Positions 1 to 19,175 of a DNA stretch of 64,000 nucleotides are shown piece by piece. Source of the stretch: Zygnema circumcarinatum SAG 698-1b (Eukaryota > Plantae > Zygnematophyceae); NCBI GenBank assembly GCA_037447605.1, contig CM074814.1, positions 1,240,001 to 1,304,000 of the forward strand. Direction: 5' to 3'. The number at the start of each line of letters is the position of its first letter. Position 1 is the first letter of the stretch. The notes below the pieces were generated by a model that made no database searches, was not told the DNA's origin, and saw nothing but the letters and a program-made list of their open reading frames with translations. Position numbers and translations under genes: made by a program.

Positions 1-480
1 GGGGGTGGGTGAGGGGGTGGAGGGGGGAGGGAGGAGGGGGAGGGGCAAGGGGGAGGGGGACAAGGAAAGTGAAATTGACTCCTTGCACTTCGTGAGGGTG
101 CTCCGAAGTAGCACAGTGTGGCTGACATATGCTGCTATTACAAGTGGTACGTGGGGTGCGCGGTTTTCCGAGGCAAAGAATCCAACCGATGGCATGACAC
201 GGTACTCATCACATTATATCTCATTCCACGCGATGTTGAAGGTGGAACATTTGTATGATTCAGGCTTTAATTAATATGAATTCTCAGCATAATATATTGC
301 CTCCCGGGCGTGTTTCACTGGTCCAAATTGGGAGTTAACGGAAGCGATCATGAGAGCCTGTCATCTCTCTCTCAGGCCTCTATTAACGATCTAAGGATCG
401 TAGTAAATCAAAATAACTTCTTGCATTTTACAAACAGAAATGCTTTTTCTCTATCGTTCCATTTCTTGCATCCTCCACAT

Positions 481-7002
<6,522 letters not shown>

Positions 7003-7077
7003 GTTCTCAACTTCAGCTTTCACCTGCCTCCCGTCCTCCAGGCGCCAATATGTAGCCCCGCACTCTGCTCGTTATAC

Positions 7078-7270
7078 CTCTCCCTCTCTCTCTTTTTCTC
7101 CCTCTGCCCTCTCTCTCTGTCTGCCGGTCTCTCTCTCTCACTCTCTCTCACTCTCTCTCACGCTCTCTCTCTCTCCCTCTCTCTCTTTTTCTCCCTCTGC
7201 CCTTTCTCTCTGTCTGCCGGTCTCTCTCTCTCTCACTCTCTCTCACTCTCTCACCCGCTCTCTCTCTCTC
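7078..7270. repeat. CT-rich microsatellite (GA-rich on the ABCA7-like sense strand)
   Basis: (CT)n runs with an internally duplicated ~80-bp unit (ctctctctttttctccctctgccc...tgtctgccggtctctctctc occurs twice). Confidence 0.9.
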
Positions 7271-7984
7271 TCGTCCAGTAGCCCTGAAAGCGCCACCAGC
7301 GCGCCTGCTGGCGAGTGAGCGCTTGAGCCCTATTTGAAGGAGCGCCGGCCAAGGTAGGGCGGCGCGTACGGGAATACGTACAGTACAGTACGAAACAACT
7401 GTACGGAAGGACGTCAGACCGACGGCCAGGACCCCCGCATCATCGTAGCCAAGAATATGCTGCCACCTGGCACGTTTTAAAAAAAATAAAAATGTTTTGG
7501 AAGCGTCAAGATGGAAGAGGGCAGACGAATTAAAATCTTTCCAGTCTACCCGTTTGATTTCAGCCAATCCAAAGTCCAAATGCTTAATCAAACAAAACTT
7601 TCAAGTGGCGGGCAGCATGGCAAGACAGAAAATTGAGATTGCTTTCTGCCCGAAAAGGAATCTGAAGGACTGTTTTCAAAAATGAGCCACCCGCAAGCCG
7701 ACAAACTCCCTGGTCTAAGGGCCTGGAGGGCGCCCTTCTTGGAACTCCCCTGCGGGCTTCCGAGAGCCTTCCGGACTTGCACTTGCGGGATCCAACGGCT
7801 GCCGTGCGCCTCCAGGGGCGAATTCTAACCGTCCGATCTCCCACCTCAGGAATGAACGGTCGCGATTTCGTGTCAGGGCTGACAGCGTACGGCCAGGTGA
7901 GCTTCGAGGAATGCTCGCGCCCTTGAGTTTGGGTCGGAGTTTAAAGATTGGGATAGTTCGTGGTAGAGGCGGAGCGTGGTAGCG

Positions 7985-8225
7985 AGGGAGGGGAAGGGAG
8001 AGTGGGAGGGATAGGAGAGAGAGAGGTAGAGAGAGAGAGAGATAGAGAGAGGAGAGCTAGGAGAGGGGAGTGCGTGCAGGGTGGTAGGTGTGAGCAGGCT
8101 AGGGAGGGAGGCTTGAGTGCGAGCAGACAGGGGAGGGCGAGGGTAGGTTGGAGGGGGAGAGAGAGAGAGAGAGAGAGAGTGAGAGAGAAAAAGATTGAGG
8201 GGAGAGATAGGACGGTAGCGAGGTG
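7985..8225. repeat. GA-rich microsatellite tract upstream of the ABCA2-like ATG
   Basis: (GA)n and GGGA runs ending just before ATG 8230. Confidence 0.85.
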
Positions 8226-8229
8226 AGAT

Positions 8230-11200
8230 ATGGAGAACCGTTCGAGTGGAATGCGGCTGTACCTTCAGCAGAGTCGAGCGCTGCTGGTGAAGAATGTGCT
8301 GCTGTCGTGGCGGAACTTAACCGCAACACTGCTCCAGCTGTCAGCGTCTTTCATATTTATATTTCTAATTTGGGCCGTTGGTGAGGCAATCGACGCCCGG
8401 AACAGCGCCACTGGCTTTTTTAAAAATTTAACTGATCCTCCCTCAACTGCTGTCCCCGCGATTCCCCTCTGCGAGGACGGTTTCTACATAAAGGCTCCTT
8501 GCTATGACCTCCTGTGGAGCGGTAACCAGAGCAGCGTCATTACTGACCTCGTGAATAATATCACTCTAAACAATCCTGGTCGACCTATTCCAAAAGAGAA
8601 GGTCAGGTCTTTTCTTCCTAGTCCTCGAATTCACATTACCTTTGCTTACGCGTGGTCGCCTGCCTTTTCTGTGAGGTTCTGACGCCTGACACGTGGCTCA
8701 TTGGCAGGTTCTAGGTTTTGCAACAGCGGAGGCTGTGGATGCATGGCTCCTCGAGAATCCTTACCGCAGTTTTGGAGCCCTGCATTTTCGTGAGACAGAA
8801 TTAGGGTTAGGGTACGGTATCCAAGTGAACACTACCGCCAAGCAGGTTCGTGGTGTCTATGAGAAGACAGTTTTCAAATTTCAACTTCCCCTCCAAGTTG
8901 CTGCAGAGCGCGAGCTTGCACGATATCTTGCTCAAGGTGCACCCTTTGCCCTTTAAGGCATCTTGCAGCTTGCTTGGACGCCTTTGACAAGGAATCCGGA
9001 GCCTTCTCTTTTTCTTAATGCGAGTGTTGGAACGGCTTGCAGACTGGAGCATCGAGTGGACTCCGAGCACTGCCGAGTACTCTCATCCGCCTATCGATAC
9101 TTTCTCTGCAGTGGGTTCAGTGGGCCCCACCTTCTTGTTTGCTGCAGCACTCTTCGGGTTTGTCAACCTCATCGGCAATGTGGTGTTGGAACGCGAACTC
9201 AAGCTACGCCAGGTGCCTCCCCGTCTGCTTCTCCCTTTCTTGTCTCTAAGGCTCTCCTGTTCCCTCTCCTCCCTCTCTCGCTCCCTCTTTCTCTGTCGCC
9301 ATCTCCGCCTCACACCCTCTTGCTGTGTGTTCCGCTACTTAAAGCTGAGATGGGGTGTGGTGAGTGGCCCTGTGCAGGCTATGACCACCATGGGGCTGCT
9401 GGATTCGGCATACTGGACGACATGGTTTCTGTGGGAGACCCTATTGGCGCTCGTTTCGTCGCTGCTGCTCGTCCTCTTCGGCATGATCTTCCAGTTCAGT
9501 TTCTTCCTCGACAACAACTTCTTGATTCTACTTCTCATGTTCTTCCTGTTCCAAGTGTGCATGGTATGCCGTCCTCTACTCCCCCTCCTCCCCCTCCTTC
9601 GAGGTTCGCAGTTCCGTAGTTCCTGTCTTTGTGTTTGCTGCACCATGAGATTCGTATAATCTGGCAGTCTCTCAAGACCACTCTAGACCTTCTTTATGTG
9701 TGCAAGGAGAGCGTTGCAGAGCAGAGCAGAGTAAGCAGAGTTAGGAATGTGAAGTTGCATAAAATGACGTGGAAGTGGTTTCACACGCAGGTCGCTTTCG
9801 CCTTTTTTCTCTCCACCTTCGTGAGCAAGTCCGGCACCTCCACAAATTTGGGCTTCCTGGTCTTTTTGATCGGCTTCGCATCGCAGGTACGTTAGAATTG
9901 ACAGAGCCATTTCTTTCACAAAGGACACTAAATCCGCTACATGTTTCCCTACCGTCCATATTCCTCATGACGCACATTTCTCGGCAATGTGCAGCTTGTG
10001 GTAGCTTTTGGTTTTCCGTACAGCTCCGACCTTGATGATGATAAGAACGAGAAGTCGTCCATCCGGCTGAAGGGGAAAACCAGCAACAACATCTTCACCT
10101 TCCGCATTATTTTCTCCTTATTCCCTCCCAATCTGCTGGCCATAGGCTTGCAGTACTTGGGCGATGCTACCGCATCCTCAAATGATAATGGGTTCAAATT
10201 GTCTCAAATAGCAGAGTGCTCTGTGCAGGATCCTGACTGCGTTTTCACCATGGTGCGTTGTCGGAATTCCCAATTTTCTCTCCTTCTCTTCTAAGCTTCC
10301 AACTCTAAGCCTCGCTCTCACATTCATACTTTAATGCATTGATGCGAGGATAGCCTCAAAGCAAGCTTTGAGTGCCGCCTTACTTCCAATTCTTCATTTA
10401 TCCGGCAGCACTCAGAAGTTGGCTTAAGGCGTTCCTTTGATACAGGCGGACATATTTATATGGTTAACGGTCCTCACCATTGTCTACGCCCTTATCGCTC
10501 TCTATCTGGACAACGTGTTGCCGGATGTAAACGGCATTCGCAAGTCGTTGTTTTTCTTTGCGTACCCGTCATTCTGGTTCGGCAACATTCCAGCAAAAGA
10601 AGGTGCGTCACCATCTCAGAGCCCTCACAAGCTTATCATTGTTATATCTTAGCAGCAAATAGCACCAAAAGATTCATCCCATAGTCGTGATTCAAACTGC
10701 TGCTCCCCACCCTTCCAGCCTCTAGAAACCTGGCCATCTTTGACTTCCTCTTTCTCCTCCCTCCCCAGGAGGAAAATGCTGCCAGTGCTTAGGCAGGGTG
10801 CCACCTGTCCCTCCCCCCGACAGTCCCGAGGATGAGGATGTAGTGGAAGAAAGAAATGCCCTTCAGTCCGGTCTGAAGGGAGGCTCAAATATCGCCTTGG
10901 AACTCCATGGGCTGGTCAAATCCTTTGCGGGAGGAACGGAAGTGCGCTGCTGCTGTCGATGTGTCCGCAACAAGCCGTTCCATGCAATCAAGGTCAGGTT
11001 CACATTCATTCAAGTTTGTCCCGAGAAACCTGGAAACTTGAGGGAGGGAGTCTCGTCATCAGTAGAGGGTGGTTCAGCGAGTATGTATGGCCAGCTTTCT
11101 GATGTAGGGTTTGGTCGCAAGTGATACAGGGCTCATGGTTTACAGTGGAGGAAAACACGCTGTTCTGCCTTTTGGGACCGAACGGTGCCGGAAAAAGCAC

Positions 11201-13923
11201 AACCATTAACTGTCTTACTGGAGTCATCCCCATCACTAGTGGAGAAGGTGAGTGCCAAGGAATCCCAGAACTCTTGAGAAGGCTCTTGTAATCTGCCTGC
11301 ATGAATCGTGCTAAGCATCTCTCTCTCTCACTCTCTCACTCTCTCTCCCCCTCTCTCTCTCTCTCTCTCTCTGGCTCCTCCCCCCCCCACTCTCTCTCTC
11401 CCGCTGTTTCTTGCAGGTTACATATATGGGAACTCCGTCAAGATCCCTTCTGATATGAGCCGCATTCGCTCCTTCATGGGAGTCTGCCCACAGGTTAAAT
11501 CTTTTGCTCGTGTTCTCCCAAATGTTTATGTTTTGAAAAGAATTGAATCATTAACTCCTCCAAAAGTGCCAAAGTCCAAAGTTTCTTGAAGCGTAGTAGA
11601 CCAATGGCCAGGGAGCTGCACTCTCTTCCACCCTTTCTCCTCCTCTTCTAGAATTTCGCAATTACCCCCGTCTCGTCAAAACTCAAGACTACCTATGAGG
11701 GATGCTGCCTTGTACCTTTTGTCAGGGGTCATTCAGGTCAACTCTGCTCCACTCTTGACATATGATACTAATTGTTTCTTCGAGTGTGTGAACAGTTTGA
11801 TATCCTTTGGCCCGCCCTAAACGGACGGGAACATCTCCGTCTTTTTGCCAACATCAAGGGGTTGAACCCAGCCTACATTGCAGAGGTACACACATGGGAG
11901 GAAGATCTTGCTTCAATGCATAGTTCAAACATTTCGAGGGTGTTTAAGGATGTTTAACTCTCCACAACCCAAAACATCAAAGAATCGAAGTGGAAAAGAG
12001 TTCCAAAAGCCAACTCAGACGTCCTTAGAAAATCCCTTACAACAGATTTTGACACATGTAAGGTGCAATACTTCCCTGCTAACCCCCAGCGGTTGTAATG
12101 ATTGGTATTAGTGTGGCCCTGGGAGGACTGCAGGAGGTGGACCGGCTCCTGAAGCAGGTCAATCTGGAGGAGGCGGGCGGTGTACGGTCAGGCAGCTATA
12201 GTGGAGGGATGAAACGCCGGCTCAGTGTAGCGATTGCTCTCATTGGAGATCCCAAAATCATCTTCCTCGATGAGCCTGTAAGAGCCATTCTACAAAGTGC
12301 TTGTTCCCTTAGGCTCCATATGGTTTTCTGAGGGTCTTTGATGCTGTCTTTCAGTGGGCTAAGGTTTTTCAGAGTTGTCAGAAGAGCAAGTGCCTTCCCT
12401 TGTAGCTATACTAATCACGCTTCTCCAGCTTTTGTGATGCTTTTCTGACGTCACACCTGCTATCGGTAGGAGTTTCATAGCCCTCCCCTTGTCTACCCCG
12501 GTTGGTTTGGGTTCTTCCTCACAAGACCTTATCCAAGCTTCATGAACCTTACCTCTGTGAACAACAAACTTCATAAAAAAAACACAGGAAATCAAGAAAC
12601 TTCTGACAGAAAGTTCAAGTGTACGGCTGTGGCAGACTACAGGCATGGACCCTATTACTCGTCGTAGTGTGTGGGATGTGATAGAAGCTGCCAAGAAGGG
12701 GCGGGCCATTGTGCTCACCACTCACTCTATGGAGGAGGCGGACATTTTGGGAGACCGCATTGCCATCATGGCAAAGGGGAGGTTGCGCTGTCTGGGCACT
12801 TCTCTCCGCCTGAAGAGCAAATTCGGAGAGGGCTATATTATAAATGTGTCGGTTCGGACCTCAAACGACGTGGGAGCAGAGGCTGAGGTCGAAACACGAG
12901 CTGCCAATGTGAAGGACTTTTTTTTGAAAGTATGCCTCTCTCTCTCTCTCTCTCTCTTTGTGTCCCCCCCTCCCTCCCCCTCCCTCTCATTCTCTCTCTT
13001 GCACACACACAAACCTATCCTTTTCCCGAGGTAAACAAGGGGATAAAAAGACGTAGGAAATGAGAGTTGAGTTCAGTTGATGGTCGTCTCGCCATTAGCT
13101 CTAACTCCATTCGGCCTTCGAATGGCACTTGCAGAATCTCGAAATTGAGCCGGTCGAGGAGACCAATGCGTACATCAAGTTTGTGGTGCCGCGCTTCAAG
13201 GAGGAGATGCTTTCGGTACCTACATCGACCTAACCCGAACAACAGATCTGTTGCACTGCAACTACTGAAATCTTGTACTGACTGGGCCCCTTTCTCTCCC
13301 TTTCTCTTTCTCTCCCTCTCTCTCTTTTTCTCTGTGCGACCTGCAGGAGTTCTTTTTGTTGCTGCGGAAGAAGAAGGAGGAGCTGGGCATTACTGACTTG
13401 CAGCTTTCTCTGACCACTTTGGAGGAGGTGTTTCTCAATATCGCCAGAGCTGCGGAGTTGGAGTCATCGGATTCTGGCCCACGCTATGAGGCCATCACTC
13501 TGCTGAATGGCATGGAGATCAAGGTCAGTCCTTGCCTTTCTATCGAACTAGTTTCAACGCGATTCGGCCCCGTCTATTCTAACCAATCCTGCTCTTTCTG
13601 CGCATGCATTCCCCTGATTGGGATTGGTTTCTGATTGCCGATAGTGATGGCATTGAACCTCATTTTGGTTTTGAGAGCAGGTGCCTATTGGAGCCCAATA
13701 TGTGGCGGTGCCGGAGGTTTTGGGACTGCCACAAGGCATGGTGGTGGGGGTGATGTGGCAGCAAGATGAAGGTGGCAATCTGCGCATCGTGCAGCACTCA
13801 GAGCCCATCGCACCTCCCCCATCAGTCAGGCCGCAAGACATCCTGCAAGCGGGTCCTATCACCCACCAAGCAAGTAGAAGGGCTCGTGGAGCAAGGGAGC
13901 CTTCGGCAGTTGTCGTTCAGTAA
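8230..13923 (+). CDS. ABCA2: ABC transporter A family half-transporter, ABCA2/9/11 clade; 16 exons
   Basis: [29 protein letters not shown]...[24 protein letters not shown]...[11 protein letters not shown] matches the AtABCA2/9 N-terminus. Also [21 protein letters not shown], Walker A GPNGAGKS (~11174), [66 protein letters not shown] and terminal exon VPIGAQYV...WQQDEGGNL...VVVQ* (TAA 13921-13923). All traced introns are GT-AG. Confidence 0.94.
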
Positions 13924-15698
13924 AGGGGAAAAGGGAAAAGTGACAAATTCGATTTATTGGGTTCGTGATAGCATGCGAACCTGTGGAATTTTGGAAAGGA
14001 CGAGGGCAGAGAGGGGGGGTGGCATTGTTTCTCCCAAAGCCTGCGGCTGCGCAACATGCAAAGGAGGCTTTGCGGTTGAAGTGCAAATGGGCGCAAGTAC
14101 TAATGGTGGAAATGATATTGTCAGTAGTCGTTACCTATTATTCATTGCTGCTTATCTAAGCAAGGGTTGAGATGATTTATAGTAAATCTGTAGTATTTAC
14201 TGACATTTGTCAGAAGTAATATTTTCTTTTAATGGCTATATGAAGCTATTTCCCTTTTGAAACCTCGACTGTGGAGTAAATCTTGTCTGTGTGAAGAGAG
14301 TGGCCTGCCTGCCTTTTTTGGATGGTACTCTTAGTCGTACTCTCACTGTTCCTCCAGCAAAAGTTTCAGCAACATGCTCAGACTTCACAGTTGCAGGAAA
14401 GGAGTCATTTCACCGCACTCTGACCTACTATTCCTGTGGCCGAACCTCTGCATGTGAACAACGACAAGTTGTAAATTTTTCTCTGATAAAACTTCTACAA
14501 ACTGTCAATATAGACGATAGTTATCAAGGATGAACTCTGCTAGTGTCACCAAAGAACGCCTGCTTAGCGGCATATGGCTGGTGGCTCCTCTCTTGTAATT
14601 GTGCCACCTTTTTCTGTCATCCCAAGGTAGGGTTTTCATTTCCTCCATGACCTTCTCCATTTGCACGATAACGTTCACTGCTTGACCTCGTCGCAGTATC
14701 TGCAAAGTCATTTTTTTTGCCTGTTTTTCTTAGAAGAGTGTAAGCCACGGTAACCCCGAAAGCAGTCAATTCTGCGGGTTTGTGGCAGCACAACTTTGCG
14801 CTGCATCTCAAGTTCACAACACGGACTGATCTTTTGGGACACATCACATCAGGTGCGCGATCGCAGCGTTGTTGTATTGGATTTTTCTTCATTTCAACAT
14901 ATTTTTTTCTCTTGGTTTCCAGCGTCGTTTCATTTCCTTTTCCTCTTCCTGGTCGACCAAGGCTTTTGATTGCACAGCATGCAGAGTTTGAGCATGCGTG
15001 AGTTTGAATCTGTCCTGACGACCATCTGACTGCAACAATACGCTACAATAATAATACAACTACATTATATGCTTGCATATATGCTACTACGCTACATTAT
15101 ATTAAAACAGCACCTGGTACAGTACAGAAGATTTCTAGTTTCCTTTCTTCTTAGATGATGCACAGACAGTCTGCAACTCGCTCTCCTTCAAATCCTCACT
15201 GCTCGAGAGAAAAGATGCGGCCTTGATCTCACTCATTGATCTCTGCTCGCTCTCCTTCACTCGCCTTTCGCCTGCTTCTAATCCAACAGGAGGGAACCAG
15301 GTCTGCAAATATTTTGAGCACATTGAAACATTTTCGAACACGTTCCGACCAATGTACCGTACGCCGCGCGACAGGATTTCTTTGAAATCCGCGGAATTTC
15401 CATTTTGTTGCTAGCTGCCCGAACATCACGGCGAGCCCCAAAAACATTGCCGTTCTTCTGCGCTCAAAATATCTCCCACCGATTAGGGCAAAAGTGTGCA
15501 CTGCAGACGCTTCCAAACCGTGAAGACGGCCTCTTCTCCTCTCACTGTCCATGGCGGCAGTGAGCGGCTATCTTCAGCAGCCATAGCACAGCAGTGGAGA
15601 GGCTGAGAGGGTTCGGAAAGCCTGCTCCCTCCTGTCTCTACAAGGGAGGAGGATCATTCCTCCTCTGCCTCCATAGTTACCGCTCTCCCGCGGCAGCA

Positions 15699-18053
15699 AT
15701 GGCCGGGGCTTGCCGCCTGCGGCTGACGCCTCCTGCGCTCAATCACGGAGGGGATGCTGCGTGGCAGCAGGAGAAGGGCTTCAAAACGCTTGCATTACTT
15801 CCAGGGAGAGTTGCATTCAGGGAGGGGAGGGAGGGCGGAGGCCTACACGTTTCTCGTCCCTGCAACTTTTCCTCCATGCGAAGAGATGTGCATTTGCAGA
15901 TGTTTGGCTTCGGTTTGGAAAGAAGACAGAACGCATTTAGAGAATACGGCAGAGATATTGCATCCAGGATAGAGGTGGTGTCTGCGCTAAGTCGGCCGGA
16001 AAATTGCTCAGTGGCAACACCAGCCCAGGGTGAGGTTAGGGGCGAAGATGATGGAATAGCGGCAGCTGATCCCAACGCTTTAATGGCTAAGGAGCAGGTA
16101 CATTATGATTCAGAAGTGCATTCAGAAGTGTGGCAGGGAACAAGCAGGGAAACAGGGAAGTACGTTTACGAACTCGAGGTTGCAACACAGGCAGTGCAGC
16201 TGGCATGCCAGCTCAGTATAAGGGTGCAGGAGCGTTTGAGAATGCAGGAGGAGGTGGCTGACACAAAGTCCGACAAATCTCCGGTCACCGTCGCAGGTAG
16301 ACCCTGTTGGCAGTGTTACGATGCCCGCTTTTTGACTTATGATGCAGCATCCTGCCAAGGCTGTATTACTCTCACCGACTGATTAACTTTCGAAAACATC
16401 CCCTTATTCTGGGTTTCCTTGACAATTATCTGCTTGACAACTGTGCAGATTTCTTGAAACGCATGAACTCCTCTTTGGTTGGAATTTTCTAATGTTTGGC
16501 CACTCGGGATGTCAGATTGGGGAGTGCAGGCAGTAGTAAGCTGGGTGTTGTCCGGGGCATTCCCTGGGGAGGAGTTGCGCATGGTAGCAGAGGAGGACAC
16601 AGAAGCCCTTAAGGGAAGCGGAGGGATTGAGCACCTTCAGCGGGTGGTGGCGGCTGTCAACGATTGCCTGGCTGAGGCAAGTCTTGTTGGGCTTTCGCCG
16701 CCTACAAACTCATTGGGAGCTGTTGATGTTCTCAAGGCGATTCAGAGGGGAAGCTCTCCAGGAGGTGGAAAGGGCCGGCATTGGGTCCTTGATCCTGTGG
16801 ATGGAACGCTTGGATTCATTCGAGGCGACCAGTACGCTATTGCACTGGCGATGATTGATGATGGGGAGGTAGTATTAGGGGTCTTGGGATGCCCTAATTT
16901 TCCCATGCGAACGCATTGGCTCAAGCATCCCCATAGGTATCACCGGGTTGCAGCCAAACTTTTTCCGCCTGAACCGGGCCAGTGGTACAGGGGCTGTGTG
17001 ATGAAAGCAAGGAAAGGGGGAGGAGGGGCATGGATGGAGCCTCTTGTACATGACGATAATAAGATAGGGACTGAGGCGGCTGTAGCAGCGGCCCCGCAAA
17101 GAATAAAGGTTTCCATGGTTGACGACCCTGCTGCTGCCACATTCTGTGAGCCAGTGGAGAAGGCTAACTCACGGCAAGAGCTGACGGCAAATCTGGCTCT
17201 CGGCATTGGCATGAGGTCAGCACCAAACATGGCCCTCGTCGACAGCATCCATGACTTCATTAGGACCAAGAACGTTTTCACTGATTTTTGGTGTTCAATA
17301 GTCTTGCGATGGCACATAACATGTTCAAGAATGCAGAACTCCCATTGGCATCGCCCTTTTTGCCAATGGAGTCTCTCGGCGTGAATGGCAAGGATTGTCC
17401 ACTTGACGGGCCTCACTAAGAGAGGCAACGCAAGTGAAACCTGGCTAACTGCAGTTCTGCAGAATGGACGTTCATGCTGCCAGGCACATGTTAAGCCTGG
17501 TTTGTGGATAGGAGTAATTTCAAAATCAGGGCGTTCTGAGGAGGGGCTTTCTTGCATTACGTCACCTTCTGAAGGGCCATGCACCTGGAGTACATAGGGG
17601 ACTGTTCTGTTTTTGTCGCTAGTCATAATCTGATCCTTCATGCTTTGGAAGAGCAGTTGTTCTCTTCAGACCAAGGCCAAGCTTGATGTATGTCGTCCTT
17701 CATGGCGCCATAGCCTGCTAATGAGTGCCTTCTTTTCTCGGTTGTGCAGGAGAGAGCCGCTTCGCGTGTATAGCATGGCCAAATATGCTGCAATAGCACG
17801 GGGAGATGCAGAGATTTTCATGAAATTCGCAAGAGCAGGATACCGTGAGAAAATATGGGATCATGCAGCAGGAGTGATCATAGTGGAGGAGGCAGGTGGA
17901 GTAGTGACAGATGCAGGTGGACAACCCTTAGATTTTTCAAAGGGGCGATATCTGGAGGGGCTGGACCGGGGGATAATAGCAACATGCAGCCCTCGACTCC
18001 ACTCGCACCTGCTGAGTGCGGTGGATGCAAGTCGCAGCTCTTCCACGTTGTAA
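15699..18053 (+). CDS. AHL: PAP-specific 3'(2'),5'-bisphosphate nucleotidase, AHL/HAL2-like (SAL1/FRY1 family), with long N-terminal extension (possible organellar transit peptide); 3 exons
   Basis: Exons 15699-16296, 16516-17215 and 17750-18053: ELEVATQAVQLACQLSIRVQE, DKSPVTVA/DWGVQAVVSWVL, VAEED, GRHWVLDPVDGTLGFIRGDQYAIALA, LGVLGCPNFP, FCEPVEKANS, SMAKYAAIARGDAEIFMKF, KIWDHAAGVIIVEEAGGVVTDAGG. Confidence 0.93.
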
Positions 18054-18593
18054 TGAACAGGGGAGGTTAAATGCTAAGGCTTAGTTGTATCATACAGTAG
18101 ACGCGAATAAGCAAGTTCGGGATGGACGGGTTACCTGCCTAGAAAGCAATGCAGATAGTTTTTTGTTCATTACAAGGTCTTTGGAGCTTTAAAGCTTCTT
18201 ATGAGTGCTCGATCAGAAACAGGCTGGCTAGAAAGCGGCAACTGAAGGGCTCTTGGCAACTTAGCTAAGATCAATGAGGCATCCATGCGTGAGATGCTAT
18301 GGGAGATTTTCGCAATGCATGTAATGTTTGAGCCTTACCGGCTGGCTAGACTGCCTTTGCTTTAGCGAGTTTCTGGCATGGATTCATTTATCGTCCTTGC
18401 TAATTCTTGCTATCGGCCGTCAGCATTGAACTGTCTCCTCTAATCAGTGTACCCGTTTTCAAATGAAGTCCCTGCACTGGGAACGACGCTTGACAATGGT
18501 GGGCTCCTTTTCGTTCTCCCTTTCAGCCTTCACCTCCCATTCTGATTATTCACTTTGTGGGCATTCCATGAAATCTGAAACTCCGCAGCACAC

Positions 18594-18803
18594 GGCCCTG
18601 CCCTGCCCTGCCCTGCCCTGCCCCGCCCTCACCTCGGCAGTCAGAGCCAGAACAAAGCCTGCTTTTAGGCCCTCTCTGCCCAGCTCCCTCTTTTCCACAT
18701 CAGGCGAAAGAAAAAGCCATAACGGCCCGATCGATGCGCTCCGTTCCGTCCCGTTCCGTTCCGTCTGTTCCATCCAGTTCCGTTCCATGTCGTTCCGTTC
18801 CGT
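18594..18803. repeat. Two short pentamer arrays, (GCCCT)n and (TTCCG)n, upstream of AP1S
   Basis: ggccctgccctgccctgccctgccctgccccgccc (~18594-18628) and ccgttccgtcccgttccgttccgtc...cgttccgttccgt (18741-18803). Confidence 0.8.
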
Positions 18804-19175
18804 GCCGATACATTTCGCGCACAGCCCACTCAAAAATGTGACATTCCGTGTCGCTGTGACAATTTTTGTTAGGATAGGCTCCTATTACGGTAAAGTCACA
18901 TGGAACGGGCCTGCCCAACAGGGATGTTGGAAGCCCCCCCCACCTGAAAGCAGCACCAGCGCCTGCTCCGTCTGAAGGCGGTCTGGGCATCTCCAGGAGG
19001 TAGGAAAAGGGGGGATTTCGGTCACCATCATCATCATCATTAGAGGAATATAGTCAGATATCGTCAGATAGAGTTTCTCTCGTAGCTTTTCTTCTCATTT
19101 TAACACTCTGTGTGGCTCTTTGAGTTGCGGAACTTCTTCGAAGGCTTGAGGAGTGGTCTCAGAGGGAGCAGCATC

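Larger units (their letters stand above)
7003..8229. promoter_or_regulatory. Presumptive bidirectional promoter and 5' leaders between the divergent ABCA genes
   Basis: ~1.2 kb between two divergent ATGs (7002 on -, 8230 on +), with GA-rich tracts at both ends and a GTAC cluster at 7366-7404. Confidence 0.7.

Noticed and set aside
5-274. 89-aa + strand ORF at the window start
   Set aside because: No recognisable motif, G-rich low-complexity start, and it lies just past the ABCA7-like stop; it may be UTR or the end of a gene outside the window.
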